From assembly GCA_938012815.1 (NCBI GenBank), contig CALLVV010000059.1, positions 4,129-68,128 on the forward strand: a stretch of 64,000 nucleotides of DNA, in the 5' to 3' direction. Made by a program: the position numbers and the translations under genes. Shown here piece after piece: positions 53,558 to 62,933 of the stretch. Under the pieces are notes generated by a model that saw only the letters and a program-made list of their open reading frames with translations, was not told where the DNA came from and ran no database searches. This stretch comes from an uncultured Propionibacteriaceae bacterium (lineage in GTDB: Bacteria; Actinomycetota; Actinomycetes; Propionibacteriales; Propionibacteriaceae). Position 1 is the stretch's first letter. Each line of letters opens with the position of its first letter.

Positions 53558-54541
53558 ATGCCCACACCATCCACGCCCTCACCACGATTGTCCCGGCGCC
53601 CCTGCACGTCCTACGTGGCGGTTTTCCTGGCGCTCACGATCGGCACCGTGTGGGGATTGTGCCTGTTCTACCTGCTCAACTATGAATTCGCCGCGGCCGT
53701 CCTGGGTCCGCTGGTTCTGACCAATCCCGTCGTGATACTCATCCTGCACTCCCCGGCGCTCGCAGCTTTCGGCCTCCTGCTCGCCTACGACGGCCCTCGA
53801 GGCGTGGCCAATTTCCTGCGAACCCTCGTCCCGCGTCGCCGCGACCTGCTGTGGCTACCCATCCTGGTGGTCGTCATGCTGGCCTACGTCTTCGCCGTCC
53901 GGCTGGGATGCATTGCCGTAGGAATTCCTGTTCCCCCCGATCCGATGCCGCCGCTGGACATGCTGACCAGTTTCTTCCCCATGCTCTGGGGTGAGGTCGG
54001 CATGGTGGCCATCGGCATCGGCTGGTTCGGGGTCTTCCTTCCCCTCATGCACCGCTTCACGGGCAACCATCTGTGGTCGGGTATCGCCACTGGCGCAGGA
54101 GTCGCCGTGTTCGCCGCCCCCGGCAATCTGTTCTCGTCATTCAATCTGGCCATGGCGTGGCCCCTCTACGCCCTGCAGCTGGTCGTCCTCGGGGTGGCCA
54201 TGAGTCTTCTGCTTTCCCGCATGAAGGGGAACACGTTGTTCTTCCTGATTCCCTTCTGGGTCTCGGCCTCCGGCAGCCTGTGGCGCGCGTACTATTTCAC
54301 AGCCGCAACTCAGCTCGTCCAGATCACCTTGCTACTGGCGTTGACCGGCCTCCTGTATCTGGTGTTGCGCCATCAGGCCCGCGGGAACATGGCGGTTCCT
54401 CACACGTTCCCCGAATACCTCGAGCAGGACTACACCGTCCGCGCCGGGGCCATCTTCCCGGGCAGGGGAAACAGGAGTTCCGAGACAGCCACCGGCTACA
54501 CACCGGCAGCACGGAACCTCGCCGCCAAGGGAGCACTGTGA
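53558..54541 (+). CDS. Multi-pass membrane protein, degenerate CPBP/Abi-like
   Basis: About 8 TM helices; HSPALAA; IGIGWFGVFLPLM where CPBP proteins carry EExxWRG. Confidence 0.65.
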   Translation: MPTPSTPSPRLSRRPCTSYVAVFLALTIGTVWGLCLFYLLNYEFAAAVLGPLVLTNPVVILILHSPALAAFGLLLAYDGPRGVANFLRTLVPRRRDLLWLPILVVVMLAYVFAVRLGCIAVGIPVPPDPMPPLDMLTSFFPMLWGEVGMVAIGIGWFGVFLPLMHRFTGNHLWSGIATGAGVAVFAAPGNLFSSFNLAMAWPLYALQLVVLGVAMSLLLSRMKGNTLFFLIPFWVSASGSLWRAYYFTAATQLVQITLLLALTGLLYLVLRHQARGNMAVPHTFPEYLEQDYTVRAGAIFPGRGNRSSETATGYTPAARNLAAKGAL

Positions 54542-55269
54542 TGGACAGCACCTTCTGGAACCTGCGTCACTCCGAGACCGGGCGTCAACTCATCATGTTC
54601 CCGTTTCTTGGCGGTTTCGGAGCCTCTTACAACCGCCTCATCTCTGATCTGGAAGGCGACTGGGACATCTGGACGGCGAATCCGCCGGGGCACGGGCCCA
54701 GCCTGGTGCCGCCGCTGACCGACCTAGTCAGTCTGCGAACCCATTACTTGGATGCGTTGCGCGACATCCTGAAACCAGACGCGGTGTTCTTCGGTCACAG
54801 CATGGGCAGCGTGGTTGCCTACCATCTCCTGATCTGCATGCGTCAGCTTCCTACCTTCGTTGATCGCATGCCAACGGATCTGGTGCTGTCGGGTTCCTGC
54901 GCCCCACATCACCTTCCGGTGACGGGCAAGGCCGACCTGGCCGACACTGATCTCGTGCTCCATCTCGCTTCCTTCGGAGCCATTCCCGATGAGGTGGTCA
55001 AGGACAAGTCCCTGATGGATCTGTTCGTGCCTGCTTTCCGAGCCGACTACAAGGTTCTCGAAGAAATGAAAACAACCCCCACCGGAAACCTACCGATACG
55101 TGCTCGCCTCGTTTTCGGAGGACACGACCCCCAGATCCCGGAGGGCACCCCCGCGGCCTGGCAGAAGTACTTCGCTTCTCCTGTGAAAACCCATGTGCTG
55201 GAACAGGAAGAGCACATGTTCGTTCTCCATACCACCGATGCGTTGAACCAGATCCTCAACGGGCTCTGA
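54541..55269 (+). CDS. Type II thioesterase
   Basis: FPFLGG, PPGHG, FFGHSMG, P.FRADY, terminal HMF. Confidence 0.93.
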   Translation: MDSTFWNLRHSETGRQLIMFPFLGGFGASYNRLISDLEGDWDIWTANPPGHGPSLVPPLTDLVSLRTHYLDALRDILKPDAVFFGHSMGSVVAYHLLICMRQLPTFVDRMPTDLVLSGSCAPHHLPVTGKADLADTDLVLHLASFGAIPDEVVKDKSLMDLFVPAFRADYKVLEEMKTTPTGNLPIRARLVFGGHDPQIPEGTPAAWQKYFASPVKTHVLEQEEHMFVLHTTDALNQILNGL

Positions 55270-55297
55270 CCTTGCTGATACACCGAAAGGAACGCCC

Positions 55298-56674
55298 ATG
55301 AGCGTCATCACCCATCCATCCGAGGATGCTGACACCCTGTCCGGCACCCCTTCTCCAGGCCCATCCACCGATACCCGTTCCCGCCGCAATTTCCGCAGTT
55401 TCATGGTGATCTGGGCAGCTCAGCTGGTGGCCAGGGTCGGAAACGGGCTCACGGCCTTCGGGCTCGGGGTCTACGTCTATCAGCAGTCGGGCCTGAGCAC
55501 CGCCGTGTCACTCGTCACGCTGGCCGCTTTCCTACCGTCGCTGCTGTTGGCCCCGTTCGGGGGTGTACTTGCCGACCGGTATGACCGCCGTCTCCTGATG
55601 ATCTTCGGCGACACCTTCTCCGCATTCGGTCTTCTCGCCATGATCATTGCCTTCCACACCGATTTCGCGAGTATCCCCATCATCTGTGGCTGTGTAGCGC
55701 TGAGCTCCGTGTTCAGCTCCGTCATGGACCCCGCCTATCGTGCCACTGTCACCGATCTGCTCACCTCCGAGCAGTATGCCCGGGCAGGAGGGCTGGTCCA
55801 GTTGGCCTCCGCATCCCAATACCTGATCTCCCCCGCCATTGCCGGATTGCTCATGGCCTCCTGCGGAATCACGACGGTACTCACGATCGACATCGCCACC
55901 ATGGTTCTGACAGTGGTGTGCATGCTGCTGGTGTGGCGAACCGTCAAAACCCCGCCCCGCCGGACAACAACCGGTTTCTGGGCTGACTTCCGGCAAGGAA
56001 TCAGCTTTCTGCGCCAGCAATCAGGCATCACCGTGTTGATGGCTCTGATCACTGTCGTCACTTTCTGCATGGGTTTCTTGCAGACCCTGCTCACCCCGAT
56101 GCTGCTCGATCTCACGGACGAGTCCACGCTCGGTGCGATCCGTTCCATCGCTGCTGTAGGCATGATTGTTGCGAGCCTGATCATCGGTGTGTTCAACATG
56201 AAAGGGTCCCACCTTACCTACATCACGTGTTTCCTGGCAGCAGGTGGTGTTCTCATTTTCTTCCTGGGAACCACCACCAGCATCGTGGCCATCGGAGTGC
56301 TGGCCTTCGCCTTCTTCATGACCCTCCCCCCGCTCAACACGAGCATCGAGGTCATCACCAGGTCCTCCATACCCAACGAGACCCAGGGCAAGGTCTGGGG
56401 CCTCATGGGACTGATCTCTCAACTCGGCTACGTCGTGGCCTACGCGGTTTCCGGCGTCCTCGCCGACAGCGTTTTCAACCCTCTGCTCCGTGAGGGCGGC
56501 GCGCTTGCGGACTCCCTGGGTGCCCTCATCGGAGTCGGCACCTCACGCGGCATCGGGTTCATGCTCATGATCGTCGGAGTCCTTCTGATCGGCATGGCGG
56601 TTGCAATCCCCCGTGCCCGCAGCATTCGCTCCCTCCAGAACAACCTGTCCCTCACCAAGAAGAAAGACGCGTGA
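55298..56674 (+). CDS. MFS efflux transporter (DHA3/MefA-like)
   Basis: About 12 TM helices; GVLADRYDRR motif; IWAAQLV..VGNGLTAF. Confidence 0.9.
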   Translation: MSVITHPSEDADTLSGTPSPGPSTDTRSRRNFRSFMVIWAAQLVARVGNGLTAFGLGVYVYQQSGLSTAVSLVTLAAFLPSLLLAPFGGVLADRYDRRLLMIFGDTFSAFGLLAMIIAFHTDFASIPIICGCVALSSVFSSVMDPAYRATVTDLLTSEQYARAGGLVQLASASQYLISPAIAGLLMASCGITTVLTIDIATMVLTVVCMLLVWRTVKTPPRRTTTGFWADFRQGISFLRQQSGITVLMALITVVTFCMGFLQTLLTPMLLDLTDESTLGAIRSIAAVGMIVASLIIGVFNMKGSHLTYITCFLAAGGVLIFFLGTTTSIVAIGVLAFAFFMTLPPLNTSIEVITRSSIPNETQGKVWGLMGLISQLGYVVAYAVSGVLADSVFNPLLREGGALADSLGALIGVGTSRGIGFMLMIVGVLLIGMAVAIPRARSIRSLQNNLSLTKKKDA

Positions 56675-56675
56675 C

Positions 56676-57164
56676 ATGTGGATCCTCGTACTCATAGGGC
56701 TCGGCGTCATCACTGGCCTGGCACAACTGGCCCTGGCAGGCTTCCCGTCCGAGACCGCCATCATCATGCACACGCTGCTGCTGCACCAGTTCGTGGTGAC
56801 CCACGGACTCCTGGCCGTCATCGGATTCTTCACCAACGTCATCACACCCAGACAGACGGCGGAGAAACTCGGTTGGGCCACCAGCCCCTACCAGATCAAG
56901 TACGGTTTCCAGCAGCTCGGCCTCGGGGTCATCGGCGCCCTCACCATCTGGTTCCAGGGAAACTTCTGGGCCGCCGCGCTCATCACCCTCTACATCTACG
57001 GTGCAAGCGGCCTGTGGACCCACACCCAGGAAGTTGTTCGGAAACATCGCGAAAACGGCACCACGGACTGGATAGAAATTGGCAACATAGTGCTTGACGT
57101 GATCTACCACGTCGTCCTGACGTGGATGTCCCTGCTGATCCCCGGCGTCTGGAGCCTGGCATGA
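56676..57164 (+). CDS. Small membrane protein (DUF6790-like)
   Basis: AEKLGW..SPYQ..YGF..LGLG with four or five hydrophobic segments. Confidence 0.7.
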   Translation: MWILVLIGLGVITGLAQLALAGFPSETAIIMHTLLLHQFVVTHGLLAVIGFFTNVITPRQTAEKLGWATSPYQIKYGFQQLGLGVIGALTIWFQGNFWAAALITLYIYGASGLWTHTQEVVRKHRENGTTDWIEIGNIVLDVIYHVVLTWMSLLIPGVWSLA

Positions 57165-59554
57165 AAGACCGTTTGTACCTGCGGTACTCCCGCAATGATC
57201 TGAAAAGGAACTGGGGTGTCAACACGGCCCTGATGGCCATCCTGGTCCTCAGCGCCTTCCTCATGGCAACTGGCTGCATGGTGATGGAGCGCCTCCTCGG
57301 CGGCATCAACCAGCTCTTCGAGGAGGCCAAACCACCTCACTTCCTGCAGATGCACACCGGTGACTACGATGCCAAAGCTCTCGACGACTTCGCAGCCACA
57401 CATCCCGAGATCGACTCGTGGTTCATCGAGAACATGGTGGGGTACGACTCCTCCTCTCTGACATGGTCCCGGTCCTCGACAGGTGAATCCGGAAGCCTGG
57501 CAGCGAGCCTCATCGATAACCTGTTCATCACGCAGAACAAGAAATTCGACCACCTGCTGGACGGCTCGGGAACCGTCGTGGAACCGGGCAACGGGGAGGT
57601 CTACGTCCCCGTTGCCTACCAGGACACTTTCGGCCTCCAAGTCGGCGACACCCTTTCGGTCCAGACGGACACAGGGCCCCGTGACTTCACGATCTCGGGT
57701 TTCGTCCGCGACTCCCAGATGGCCTCCTCGCTGTCCTCCGCAACCCGGTTCGTCATCTCCCCTGACGACTTCGCCGCCCTCGAGTCCGCGGGCGGGGGAA
57801 GCAGCGAGATCATCGTTGAGTACCGGCTCACGGATGCTTCCAGGGCCAGCGCCTTGCAGACGGCATACGACTCGGACCACTCCCTTCCCCGCAATGGCCA
57901 GGCCGTCACGTTCGACATGATCCGTCTGATCAACGCGTTCAGCGACGGGCTCGTCGCGGTGGCGCTGGTCTTCGCCAGCCTCCTGCTGGTGGTGATCGCC
58001 CTGATCAACCTGCGTTTCGTCATCCGGGGAACCATGGAGGACGAGGTCCGTGAGATCGGTGTCATGCGAGCCATCGGGCTCCCCACGCGAGCGATCACGG
58101 GGCTCTACCTGGGCAAGTACAGCATCATGGCGCTCCTGGCATGCGTCATCGGCGGGCTGCTCGGCATCTTCGCCACGAATCTGTTGACGGCCAGCATCGT
58201 CAAAAATTACTCCTCGTCGACTCCCGGCCTAGCAACCGTACTGACACCCGTGATCGCCCTGGTACTGATGTATCTCCTCGTCGTCGGAATCTGCCGCGGC
58301 ATCCTGCGCGGGATCCGTCGCATCGAGGTGGTGAATGCTCTGGTACACGGCAGCACCCTGAATGACCGGCAGACCGCGAGGAAAGCTGCGAAGCTGGCTC
58401 GCAGGGCGCGCAGCACCAGTCTGAGTGCAGGACACGGCAGCATCAACCGGCGCCTGTCCTTGGCAGATCTGCGCGCCGAGATGGGGCAGTGGATCCTCAT
58501 TCCGTTGGTATTCCTCCTGGCCTCGCTGTTGCTGATCCTTCCCATGAACCTGCTCAGCACCTTCACCAGCCCGCGGTTCGTCACCTACATGGGAGCCCCC
58601 GAATCCGACATCCGCGCTGATGTGCAGTTCTCGAAAGAAGTCGAGGCCACACGTGGCGAGCTCGTGAGAGCATTGGAGAACGACCAGCGCCTCACCAACA
58701 TCCGGACCTACGCGAACGTCCTGTACGAAACCCAAGGAAAAGAAGGCTGGGAGACGCTGCGCGTGGAGGTCGGTGACTACTCGGCCAACACCGTGAAGTT
58801 CCTCACCGGCAGCCGCCCGGAAAGCGGTCAAATCGCACTGTCCACGTTGAACGCGAAGAAATACAACGTCAAAGCCGGTGACACCATGGCCATCAGGCTC
58901 GACGGGCAACCGAGCACCGTCACGGTATCGGGCACCTACCAGGACGTCACCAGCGGCGGCCACACCGCCAAGATGCAGGGCTCCGTCACGGAGGGAGCAG
59001 CAAGCTACGTCATCTACGCCGAGACGGTCGGTGGCGCTGATCCCATGACGATCGCGGCGGAATACGACTCACAGTACAAGCACGCGAGCATCGTCCCGAT
59101 GCAGGAGTACGTGAAACAGACCCTGTCATATGTAACCGATGCGTTCCGCAGCGCCGCTTTGCTGTCGCTCGTCTTCGGCCTGGCGGTGTCGGCCCTGATC
59201 ACTGCGTTGTTCCTGAAGCTGCGGCTCACCCGGGAGCGCCGCCGAATGGGTGTGTTGTCCGCGCTCGGGTTCTCCAGGAACGAACTCATCAGCCAGGTCA
59301 GGCTCAAGACCGTACTCACCGTGGCGGTCGGCACCGTCATCGGCACTGTGTTCGCGGCCACTCTGGGAGAAGGATTGATCAGTGGACTGATCTCACTGAC
59401 AGGCATCGGCCTGACCAATCTGAGTTTCATCCCCAATCCGCTTCTGGTCTACATCGGTTACCCCTTGCTCCTCATCACGGTTGGCTTCCTCGCCTCCGTG
59501 CCGCTCACCGCTGAGCTGCGCCGCGGCGAATCCAGCGAATGGCTCAACAAGTAA
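57161..59554 (+). CDS. FtsX-like ABC transporter permease (duplicated architecture)
   Basis: Two EIGVMRAIG / RMGVLSALG motifs, two extracytoplasmic domains. Confidence 0.9.
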   Translation: MKDRLYLRYSRNDLKRNWGVNTALMAILVLSAFLMATGCMVMERLLGGINQLFEEAKPPHFLQMHTGDYDAKALDDFAATHPEIDSWFIENMVGYDSSSLTWSRSSTGESGSLAASLIDNLFITQNKKFDHLLDGSGTVVEPGNGEVYVPVAYQDTFGLQVGDTLSVQTDTGPRDFTISGFVRDSQMASSLSSATRFVISPDDFAALESAGGGSSEIIVEYRLTDASRASALQTAYDSDHSLPRNGQAVTFDMIRLINAFSDGLVAVALVFASLLLVVIALINLRFVIRGTMEDEVREIGVMRAIGLPTRAITGLYLGKYSIMALLACVIGGLLGIFATNLLTASIVKNYSSSTPGLATVLTPVIALVLMYLLVVGICRGILRGIRRIEVVNALVHGSTLNDRQTARKAAKLARRARSTSLSAGHGSINRRLSLADLRAEMGQWILIPLVFLLASLLLILPMNLLSTFTSPRFVTYMGAPESDIRADVQFSKEVEATRGELVRALENDQRLTNIRTYANVLYETQGKEGWETLRVEVGDYSANTVKFLTGSRPESGQIALSTLNAKKYNVKAGDTMAIRLDGQPSTVTVSGTYQDVTSGGHTAKMQGSVTEGAASYVIYAETVGGADPMTIAAEYDSQYKHASIVPMQEYVKQTLSYVTDAFRSAALLSLVFGLAVSALITALFLKLRLTRERRRMGVLSALGFSRNELISQVRLKTVLTVAVGTVIGTVFAATLGEGLISGLISLTGIGLTNLSFIPNPLLVYIGYPLLLITVGFLASVPLTAELRRGESSEWLNK

Positions 59555-59565
59555 GAGAGACGATC

Positions 59566-60327
59566 ATGCCAACCATCACACTCGACTGCACTGAAATCAC
59601 CAAGACCTACACCACCACAGATCCGCCGACCCACGTGCTCCACGGAGTCGATCTCCAGGTGACCGAAGGAGAATTCCTGGTCATCATGGGGGCCTCCGGG
59701 TCCGGCAAGTCAACCCTGCTCTACAGCATCAGCGGCATGGACCGGCCCACCAGCGGAACGGTGCGTCTCGAGGGGCGGGACCTGACCGGCCTCGGTGACA
59801 AGGAGATGAGCCGGGTCCGTCTGACCCGCATGGGGTTCGTGTTCCAGCAGGCGTATTTCCTGTCCAATCTCACCATCCGTGACAACGTGCTGCTCCCCGC
59901 CCTCAAGGCTGACCCGAAGAGAGCCAGCGAAGCAGCATCCCGTGTGGATGCATTGCTCGACCGGTTCGGTATTGGACACGTCAAGCAGCACGGAATCACG
60001 GAGGTCTCCGGTGGCCAGCTCCAGCGCGCTTCCATCTGCCGGGCACTGGCCAGTGAACCGACCATCGTGTTCGCCGACGAACCCACCGGAGCGCTGAATA
60101 GCTCCATGACCACCGAGGTCATGGACGCCCTGTCTGAAGTTCACGCCGATGGGCGGACCATCGTCATGGTAACCCATGACCCGACATGCGCAGCCCGCGC
60201 GGATCGAGTGGTGTATCTGAGAGACGGGCGGCTCGTGGACTCGCGTTCCATGAACCGCTGGCATCCTGCACATGCCACGCAACGCGAGGATGACCTCCTG
60301 GCCTGGCTGCGCGGCCTCGGATTCTAA
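59566..60327 (+). CDS. ABC transporter ATP-binding protein (MacB/LolD-like)
   Basis: GASGSGKS, GFVFQ, VSGGQLQR, FADEPTG, VTHD. Confidence 0.94.
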   Translation: MPTITLDCTEITKTYTTTDPPTHVLHGVDLQVTEGEFLVIMGASGSGKSTLLYSISGMDRPTSGTVRLEGRDLTGLGDKEMSRVRLTRMGFVFQQAYFLSNLTIRDNVLLPALKADPKRASEAASRVDALLDRFGIGHVKQHGITEVSGGQLQRASICRALASEPTIVFADEPTGALNSSMTTEVMDALSEVHADGRTIVMVTHDPTCAARADRVVYLRDGRLVDSRSMNRWHPAHATQREDDLLAWLRGLGF

Positions 60328-60461
60328 ACCCAGAACACACAGAACACCCCGAAACACGGATCAGGAGAGCAACTCAGCTCCTGACCCCATGGTTGGTTGC
60401 GCCCTCAACAGCCGCGACACCCCATTTCACACCCCACCTCACGACACAAGGAGAAACCATC

Positions 60462-60698
60462 ATGACCGAAATCGATTTCATCACCGCCCTGGCCGAGTTC
60501 ACTACCCGCACCCCGGAGACGCTCACCCTCGAGGATGACCTGAATGCCGTGGGGCTCGACTCGATCGGTGTCTTTGAGTTCTCCATGAAGCTGGAGGACG
60601 AGCTGGGGCAGACCATCCAGTTCACTGACAAAGTCACAACCGTGCAGGATCTCTTCGACTGCCTCGAAGAGGCTGCACAACCTGTAACCGGCCGCTGA
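60462..60698 (+). CDS. Acyl carrier protein (FAS II-like)
   Basis: 78 aa, acidic, VGLDSIG, TVQDL; RBS AAGGAG. Confidence 0.9.
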   Translation: MTEIDFITALAEFTTRTPETLTLEDDLNAVGLDSIGVFEFSMKLEDELGQTIQFTDKVTTVQDLFDCLEEAAQPVTGR

Positions 60699-60710
60699 GG
60701 AGCTCTCATC

Positions 60711-61928
60711 ATGCACGACGTAGTAATCACCGGCATGGGTGTGGTGAGCCCCCTCGGCGCCACCACTGACGAGTTCGAGAGAAACCTATTCCTGGGACGC
60801 CACGGCATTGTTCCCCTCCCCAAGGAACGACAAGAAGGCCTGACCGTCCAAGTTTACGCTCCTGTGGCGGGGTTCGAGCCGGAAAGTCACTTCTCAGCCC
60901 TGGAACTTCGTCGGCAGGATCCTTACACCACTTTCGGCCTGGCCGCTGTTCGCGAGGCTGTCTCCCAGGCAGGTGTGCTCGGAGAGGTCGATCCATTCCG
61001 GCTCGGCGTCTATCTCACGTCGGGCCTGGGAGGTGCCACCACTGTCGTGAACGAGTACGAAACCCTACAACGAACAGGGCCGCGCAGGGTCTCCCCCATG
61101 CTGATTCCCAAGTGGACAACCAACATCCTGGCCGGAATGGCCGCCATCGAGCTGGGGGCACATGGCCCGTCTCTCGCTCACGTGTCAGCTTGCGCGTCGA
61201 GTGCCATGAGCATCGGCGAAGGCACCCGTGCCATCCGTCACGGCTACGCCGATGCCATGGTATGCGGCGGGGCGGAGATGCTGGGAACCCGGCTGGCCAT
61301 GGCAGGGTTCCAGAACCTGCGCGCGCTCACCCCGGTCGGTGACCCCGATCGCGCGAGCCTCCCCTTCGACAGGACCCGGGCAGGATTCGTCATGGGCGAG
61401 GGCGGTGCAGCCGTGGTCCTGGAGCGAGAGGATCGCGCCAGGGCCCGCGGTGCCAGGATCCTTGCACGGATCACGGGTTATGGGAACACCACGGATGCGT
61501 TCCACATCACGGCACCCTCCGACGATGGTGCGGCCGTGGACCGGGCCATCGATGACGCCTTGGCAGAAGCCGGTCCCACCTCAGGAACCGTACACATCAA
61601 TGCTCATGGCACAGGAACCGTCAAGAACGACCGCGTGGAATCCCGAGCCATCTCCCGAGCGTTTGGGCATCATTCCCCCGTGACCTCGACAAAATCGATG
61701 ACCGGTCACCTCATGGGGGCGGCAGGCGCCCTAGAAACGATCGCATCGGTCCTCAGCCTGCTTCGCGATGAGGTACCACCCACGGTTGGCACTTCAGAGC
61801 TGGATCCACACATCGACATCGATGTGGTGCTGAAGGCCTCCAGAAAAACCAAACTCGCACGCGCTGTTTCCCTGTCGTTGGGTTTCGGGGGACACAATGC
61901 GTGCCTGATCCTGGAGAAGGCGACATGA
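60711..61928 (+). CDS. fabF: Beta-ketoacyl-ACP synthase II
   Basis: VVITGMGVVSPLG, SACASS, GFVMGEGG, NAHGTGT, TKSMTGHLMGAAG, GFGGHN. Confidence 0.93.
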   Translation: MHDVVITGMGVVSPLGATTDEFERNLFLGRHGIVPLPKERQEGLTVQVYAPVAGFEPESHFSALELRRQDPYTTFGLAAVREAVSQAGVLGEVDPFRLGVYLTSGLGGATTVVNEYETLQRTGPRRVSPMLIPKWTTNILAGMAAIELGAHGPSLAHVSACASSAMSIGEGTRAIRHGYADAMVCGGAEMLGTRLAMAGFQNLRALTPVGDPDRASLPFDRTRAGFVMGEGGAAVVLEREDRARARGARILARITGYGNTTDAFHITAPSDDGAAVDRAIDDALAEAGPTSGTVHINAHGTGTVKNDRVESRAISRAFGHHSPVTSTKSMTGHLMGAAGALETIASVLSLLRDEVPPTVGTSELDPHIDIDVVLKASRKTKLARAVSLSLGFGGHNACLILEKAT

Positions 61929-62614
61929 CGGTCGATCTTGTCATCACCGACGCCGATGCGCTCGATGCGCACTCGTTCAGAATCCTGAAATCACTGCTGC
62001 CACACGAGCGGCAGAAACGAAGCGACCGCTACGACCGGAGGGTGGACCGCTACACGAGCGTCGTGGCGTTCGCACAACTTCAAAAACTGTGGGCGGAGCG
62101 CCACCATGGCCCGTTGCCGACGATCACGGTGGGCAGGTTCGGGAAACCGAAGTTCAGCACGGACACCGGCCTGCACTTCAACTGGTCCCACGACTCGGCG
62201 TTGTGCGCCTGTGCATTGGCCCCGATGCCGGTGGGGGTTGATATATCAGGCCCCGTCCCCTTTGAGCAGAATCTGTTTCACTATATGGCGGCCCCGGGAG
62301 AACGTCGTCTCGGAAGGCATCTGCAACGCAAGAACGACCTCAGTGCGCTGTGGACCCGGAAAGAGGCAACAGTCAAGCGCACCGGCATGGGACTGACAAC
62401 GCCGCTGCAGCAGATCGACACCACAACAGCGAAGGACATCCTCACCTACACGTGCGAAACAATGGACTTCCAGGTCAGCGTGAGTGTCCAAGGCCTCACC
62501 GCGGATGCGCTCCGGGACCAGCTGCGGGTGCGTTTCCTCACCCTGCGCCCCTTTGCCACGTGGCTCGAGGGGCCACGACACCCTCTCCGCCAACTGACCC
62601 CCACCCTGACGTGA
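61925..62614 (+). CDS. Sfp-type 4'-phosphopantetheinyl transferase
   Basis: GRFGKP, FNWSH, VGVDI, WTRKEA..K..G.GL. Confidence 0.88.
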   Translation: MTVDLVITDADALDAHSFRILKSLLPHERQKRSDRYDRRVDRYTSVVAFAQLQKLWAERHHGPLPTITVGRFGKPKFSTDTGLHFNWSHDSALCACALAPMPVGVDISGPVPFEQNLFHYMAAPGERRLGRHLQRKNDLSALWTRKEATVKRTGMGLTTPLQQIDTTTAKDILTYTCETMDFQVSVSVQGLTADALRDQLRVRFLTLRPFATWLEGPRHPLRQLTPTLT

Positions 62615-62933
62615 GATCCGCCACGGCCGGGAGCCACACAATACCAGCCCCGGCCTGGGGGATCTTTCATCGCTGACCATGCAACACACGACGTTCCGTT
62701 CTTCCGAGATTTTTCCATCTAGTTCCCGAGGCACCTTTTCCTTGATAGCGTGATGCCGTGGCATGTTACATCGCAGTCATTTCGCAGAGGAGATGGTTTC
62801 GCGACAAGCTTGTCACGTCATTTTCCCTGTCCCGCGTGACTCACCCACATCGAGGGTTAAAACTTCAATAAGCTCAGGTAGAACAGGCGAGCATTCCGGA
62901 ACAATCAATTTCATGATTCAATGAAAGGGTGTC

